A DNA stretch of 64,000 nt, taken from Octopus vulgaris (taxonomy: Eukaryota). A program made the translations under genes and the position numbers. Numbering within the stretch: the first letter of the stretch is position 1; each line of letters begins with the position of its first letter. The notes under the pieces were generated by a model. The model did not search any database and was not told the DNA's origin. It saw nothing but the letters and a program-made list of their open reading frames with translations. Shown here one piece after another: positions 57,863 to 64,000 of the stretch. The stretch is from assembly GCA_951406725.2 (NCBI GenBank), contig OX597815.1:19468001-19532000 (forward strand), written 5' to 3'.

Positions 57863-58678
57863 AGTAGTACATACATTTACACTGATAATGCTAAGCAACA
57901 GAACTGCACTCCGACGCGTTAAATAAGTGATTGTTTGTAGATATATCATCATCAATTAAATTTAAGATTCGAACGAGATGGTGAGTTTTTACCAGACAGT
58001 GATAAGTTGCGAGACGTAGATGCGGATTCACTAAATTCACTGTTAAGGGGCTACGTAGCAAATGGATGCAAAATCTATCTGCTGGTAAACCAATGTATAA
58101 TCTAATCAGTTGTTTTGTCTCTTCAGCTATTGTTAAAGAATAGATTAGTTTTGAGGAGTTAATAGCTATTTCAATAGTCACTCTGGAATAGTTAACAGAT
58201 TATTAACAGCTAATATTACCACGTAGCAAACTTTGATTCTAAATAAACACAAATATTGTGTATTCTTCTCTGAAATATGAATCCATATATCATATGAATT
58301 ATGCACTTAAAGAATGCAATCTTTTCGGAAATCTATTAGGAAAGCTAGCTGAGGTTTGGACTCAATGCGTTATTGTGTATATTTTGATTGTTAGCAGATT
58401 ATTTCCTGTGAGATAATTTAGGCAGCTGTTACCGATAATAACAAAAACTGGTTATCCATTAGCGTTAAAGAACGGTGAAGAAGAAAATGGGTATTACTGA
58501 AGAATCGGAAAATGTAATAATTTATATGTTCATAATCATTAGAAATATTTATTTCACCCCATTAACTTAGAAAAGCTTAACTCCAGTTGATTATTGCACC
58601 TACTAAACTATTGAACATAGATCGATCCACATCACTGAAATATTAGAATTGCTATTAGAGAGTGCCATGCAGGTTAAA

Positions 58679-58850
58679 AGGCGGTGGATTAGCAGAGGCG
58701 TTACAGCATCAGACAATATGCCTTCCGTTATTTGTTCTAACACTTTACATTCTAACTTGTAATCCCACCGAGGTCAAGTTTATCCTTCGTCCTTCCGTAG
58801 TCGATAAAGTAAAACACCAATCAAGACCTGGGGGCTAATTTAATCAACTG
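58679..58850 (+). mobile_element. Old SINE copy directly upstream of a younger relative
   Basis: aggcggtggattagcagaggcgtta...ccttcgtccttccgtagtcgataaag is a degenerate version of 58867. Confidence 0.7.
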
Positions 58851-58866
58851 CCAATCGGTATTAACA

Positions 58867-59097
58867 AGGCGGCGAGCTGGCAGAATTGTTAGCACGCCGG
58901 GCGAAATGCGTAGCCGTATTTCGTCTGCCGTTACGTTCTGAGTTCAAATTCGCCAAGGTCGACTTTGCCTTTCATCCTTTCGGGGTCGATAAATTAAGTA
59001 CCAGTTACGCACTGGGGTCGATGTAATCGACTTAATACCTATGTCTGTCCTTGTTTGTCCTCTCTGTGTTTAGCCCCTTGTGGGTAATAAAGAAATA
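58867..59097 (+). mobile_element. Full-length SINE with Nin/Deu-like core and 10-bp TSD
   Basis: gagttcaaatt B-box; gcctttcatcctttcggggtcgataaattaagtaccag core; ggtattaaca at 58857-58866 and 59098-59107. Confidence 0.92.
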
Positions 59098-60099
59098 GGT
59101 ATTAACATGAAGTGCACGAGCGTGGTACAGTAGAGTCCAAATCCCCACCCAACCTTGGGGCTCTGTAAGGTGATGCACACCTTTGAGATCATTGCTATCA
59201 AATCAATATCATATTTATTTCTATAATATCCTACATTACAGCCAACGCACACGATCTATTTTTTACAAAAGGATTCTGTACTCTCTCTCACTCTCTCTCT
59301 CTCTATCCATCTATCTATCGATCTATCTATCTATCTCTCCCTCTATCTCTCTAAACGTACAGGGTTATCACAAAGCACCGTGTACGTAAGCTGAATTATA
59401 ATCATAATTAGACATCTAGATTTGGTTAAAGTTGTCAAAGCAAACTTAGCTTCAACAGTTTGTAAAAGTCGGTAATTATTTACCGGTGGTGCTAAAAGAT
59501 TTACCAATATTTAGAGACCTGCGGAGAGGAGGGAGGGTAAAAATACACACGAAAAGTCAAGCAAGCAACTACTTTTGATCAATTTATATATTGATATTTG
59601 CAAAGAACAGACAATAATAACTTGATTACCATTTCTCATCCGATATTTTCCAATTTAGTTTGTTGGCAGCATCTACGGTAGCTTTTATAGTTGACATATA
59701 ATGATAATATAGATATATAACAAAATCTGCCAACAGATATTGAATTATCCAACTCAAAACCTAGAATATTTTATGGAGCATGTTGATATGCACTTTTCTC
59801 TAAGAGCAACGTAATTGTAGATTATTTACTCAGATACATTTATGTTCTTTGAAAGATTTACAGATGTACACGTATTTTCTTTTTCGCTTTTGGCACATAA
59901 AACTTTACAATTTTCCGCTTTCTAATTATTGGTTTCCTCTGGAAAATGCCCGGGAAGATTAAATATTTTATATAAATACAATATCACAAAGAAGCAATAA
60001 AACTGGACTAAACAGATTGAATTTAACTGGGGAAACAAAGAAAAAAAAGAAATCAAAATACAAAAACAAAAACAATAAAGCATTTCAAAAATTTCTATG

Positions 60100-60450
60100 T
60101 CAGTTAATGAAAATGTGAATTTGAAAGAGATCTTCTTACATCGCGATAATGAAGAACTAACACCAAACTATCCAAAAGTTAAAAAGTCAGCGTAAGAGAG
60201 TAGAAGAAAGAACTCTGAATGTAAGCTTCTTTATTATTGATAATGTGGACTTTTTGATCGTTTACAGTTATGTTGTTGTTCTTCCTATATGATCAAATCT
60301 TTGAAAAGTCAATCAATCTTCAGTCTGCTTCAACTGTGATTCCGGTTGTTTTTGCCGTGTATTGAACGTGTATAGACTTCATTATGATGAAACACAACTT
60401 GAATCAACTAATATCTTTTGATGTCAAAAATCCATGAAGCAAATTGATGA
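60100..60450 (+). mobile_element. Possible decayed hAT (ZMYM1-like) transposase fragment
   Basis: LLFFLYDQIFEKSINLQSASTVIPVVFAVY*TCIDFIMMK resembles the hAT motif ..IL..F...S..LQS...D...V..LY.SL..FI; only one motif seen. Confidence 0.3.
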
Positions 60451-60730
60451 AATTGAGAAGTTAATGACTAACGGGTGTTTAGAAATAGGTTTAAGACAAT
60501 TTTAGAAACTTTTACTGATAGTTTTTGGCTAATTATCTGCTTTTAATTCCTTGAACTGATCAAAACTTAAAAGTATGCGGTAAGTTATTTTTCACTTCTC
60601 GTGTATTGGAGTCTATTTATTTGTTGTTCTTTATATCTTCATACGTACATTCGAATAAGACAAAACTACGTAAACACTCTACCTTACATATATACATAAC
60701 TACAGAAAGACATGTACATATATGTATATT

Positions 60731-60772
<42 letters not shown>

Positions 60773-60778
60773 AGTATG

Positions 60779-60831
<53 letters not shown>

Positions 60832-60862
60832 GTATGTATGTATATATGTGTGTGTGTATAAA

Positions 60863-60912
<50 letters not shown>

Positions 60913-63900
60913 TTTATATAATATATCATATAATATAATTTGATATATTTTGTTACGTTATATTACATATATATCTATATATATATATATATACACATAT
61001 TTACATACATATGTATGTATGCCTATACACACATATATGAAATTACTGTTGATGTAGATATATCTATATGTGTCACAGAGTGAGCATGTGTTTACTAGAT
61101 GTATTGTCATACATATACACACGCGTGTACACATGCATATATTCACATATTCGTTTATACACATGATGCATACACAGACAATACGGACACAAATGCATGA
61201 ACACGAATAAGTGTATTAATTTCCCAGTTTTTCCCCCAAAATATCATTCTGTTTATTTTCCAAGTTTTCCTGTCACATTTCCTAGTTTTCATAGCAGAAA
61301 TAAAGAGGTTAAACAATAAGATCTGATAAAATTAACGATGCTAGAAAATATTAAATATACGCAGTGATAATATATTAGTTTGCCGTCAGAATGAGGACTC
61401 TTATCTTCCTAACGGCAAACTTACACTTATGTGAACTGTTTGTACTGGAAATTATTGTTCGCTGTATTAAGAGGATTAGTGAGGTTCAACAAACCATGAC
61501 GGATCTAATAATTGTACTTATTTTTGTTGGTTGCTTAGCCTCAGGTCAGCCTTGATTAACGAAGCTCAAGTAGTGACTATCGCATGCTTTGTTTCAAACA
61601 GTGTCACTATAATTACATTTTCGAATACGTCATTTCTGTTTTTTATGTTTAAGATGGGCTTATTTCAAAGTTATTGGCTGCTATTTCTTGCAAACTGACC
61701 GACTGCTTTAGGGTACTCCTGCTTGACTCTTAGAAAAGTTAATTTTCATAATTTTGTTTCTTTTCTAGAGACATAGTAATTATTAATAGATAGAAATTTG
61801 ATGAATTCTTTATTTCAACTTTGATTATTTTTCCCTGCCTTTTCTTTTGTATAATTATTTCGTTTCTAAGAATTCTTTGAAGAAATAGTAAAATAAAGTG
61901 CGTGACAAAGAGAGATTCACAAAACCATAATCTTCTTTGTATTTTATGTTCTTTGTTATTAGTTTATTTGTTTTAGCTTTGAGGAGCTTCTTTTTTTTTT
62001 CGTTTCCTATTTGTATTTTAAGTCGTTTGATCTGAGTATCTGTGAAGTGAAAGCCTACTGATAGAACAGTCTCGGCACGAGATATTGTTTACAACTGTAA
62101 GAAGGTCATTAGAGCAGCCAGATGAAATTTGATCTTATAAATTCACTAGTAAAGTAGCCAGAATATTCTGACTCTCAACTAGGTAACATAATGACCAGTA
62201 TATGACAACTGCAAATATAATCCAAACGACAGGCCAGAGAACTTTTAGACAGAGCAAACACACCAGCCTTGTATCATTTTACTGTCTAAAATGTTTTAAG
62301 ATGACATTGAATAGGGAAACCCAGTGTCTAGAAGCACTCTCCGAAAACAAATATGTAAAGATGGTGTGGGAAAGATTGGAACGTCTTTGATCATTAGTTA
62401 ATGATAAACTGACCCCGGGAAAAAAATCACCACAAAAGCGAAGGAATCTCTAATGCAGCAAGGGGAATAGTAAACAAATTTGCTTTAAATCACACGCTAT
62501 CTCTTCGAAGAAGGAAAGACATGTTAAGTAATATAGTTCTTGAGAGATTACATCAATGGAATCTTGCTGCTGGATTTAGGCTGAAATAGATGAAAACAAA
62601 ACAACTGCCTGTATAAAATGTGTTAGAAACAGAGGATAAGCGAAATGTGAAATATATGTTTAATGCAAAAACCCTTTTAACATCATTCATTTTCATTTTC
62701 AATATCTTTAGTTTTCAATACATCTATAGTTCAAGTAACGCATAGTTTTTGTTTGCTTTTTTTCTGCGCGTATGTGTGTGTCTAATAAACGTTTAAAATG
62801 AATTTCTCTCTATAGATAATAAACCAGCAGATAAATCTGGTTTCGCCTGGGCTTAAATAAAGTATTAGAAAAAACTTCACATATTCAATGACCTTGAAAA
62901 GATGCTTCCCTACGCGAAATTTAAGCTGTTTACAAGTACACAACTGCAGCTTAGAACTTGGAGCATAGACGTTTAGACACATATATTCATTATATTCTTT
63001 TCCTACTTTACGTTTTGGAAACTACGTGTATTTAATATATCTCATCTTTCTATTTATTTTAGTCGACTGACTGATACATTTTATATAGATTATTTTTATG
63101 TCCTTACAGACCTTTTCTTAACTTTGCTTTCTCGATGTCTCCATTATCGTACTTTTATTATCAATGCCATCTATGAGGTTCTTTTAAAGGTTACGCAAAA
63201 GTTCTGCAAAACAATCTAAATGCAGTGCATTCGGTTTGTCTTACATTTGCGAAAGTCACGAACTACGCATCCTCTTTATGATCCTTTTTGTAGCCATAAA
63301 TGTTCCTATATTCTTGATTTTTCATAATTATTATTATAGCCCATCATTTTCTTAATTATTACCAGTCTATCATTTTTATAATTATCATTGTTATAATGAA
63401 ACTAAATGAAACATTGCCAGTCTAGGCGTGTTTGTACTAAATATGTTATTGCGATGTTATTGTGCTAAATTTGCCTTTTATATTGATGGTTTTTGTAAAT
63501 GTTATTTGTTTTATTTATTTAATTTTTTTCGTTTTATTTTCTTTCTTACTTTTTTTCTTCTACATTCTCATAAACAACGGAAGCATATTTCGACTGGCGA
63601 ACAAGAGATTTCCGATCCGATATCTGAAAATTTAATTTAGAGGACACATAAAAATGTGTTGTCTACTTCAAAGTAATGTCTTCTTTGATAACACGACACT
63701 ACTTTACTAGTTAATATCTAAATGTTTTAAAATATAGTGAGTGTTTAAACATTTGAGTGAATGTCTTCTGTGTTAGCACTCAGTTCACATAATTAGTTTA
63801 CAATAGCAATGAAAATTGACTACACGGAACTCTTTATAGGTGAAGTCATTTTTATGTGGAAAGGAAGCATTAAATTCGGACATAAAGAACAAATTAAAGC

Positions 63901-64000
63901 TACTTTCTTCTGTGATACATTGTTGTACTAATGACCACTGATAAATCAATGACACGTGTCTTAGTCAGAAATCATTCGAGAACGGACTTTGCATTTCAAT

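Noticed and set aside
58421-58500. Possible second exon LQLLPIITKTGYPLALKNGEEENG
   Set aside because: Weak acceptor and donor, an early stop, and no supporting homology.
63640-63720. Possible mariner C-terminus on the minus strand (KCV...YFEVD)
   Set aside because: Too short and degraded, with no TIR identified.

Overview
AT-rich eukaryotic (metazoan) genomic DNA, mostly intronic or intergenic, with very dense (TA)n/(CA)n/(TACA)n/(TAGA)n microsatellites. The microsatellite load and SINE families fit a coleoid cephalopod, probably Octopus; this is inferred from recalled repeat sequences, not a database search. Nearly all ORFs in the supplied track are microsatellite artefacts. The best host-gene signal is one probable coding exon on + (ATG 48072 to a GTGAGT donor after 48211; reading frame open from 47925), plus a candidate 9-nt microexon on - (9593-9601). 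The rest is transposon-derived: tRNA-derived SINEs (several with clean TSDs and swapped head/tail modules), a non-autonomous Helitron, a mariner MITE, decayed maT/DD37D-like and hAT transposases, CR1-like LINE pieces, and a Penelope GIY-YIG endonuclease fragment. The most striking unexplained structure is six microsatellite-anchored asymmetric inverted repeats, together with hammerhead-ribozyme-like motifs with variant cores that probably derive from Penelope-like elements. There are also two fold-back duplications centred on (TA)n tracts. No CRISPR array, rRNA or true tRNA gene was found.
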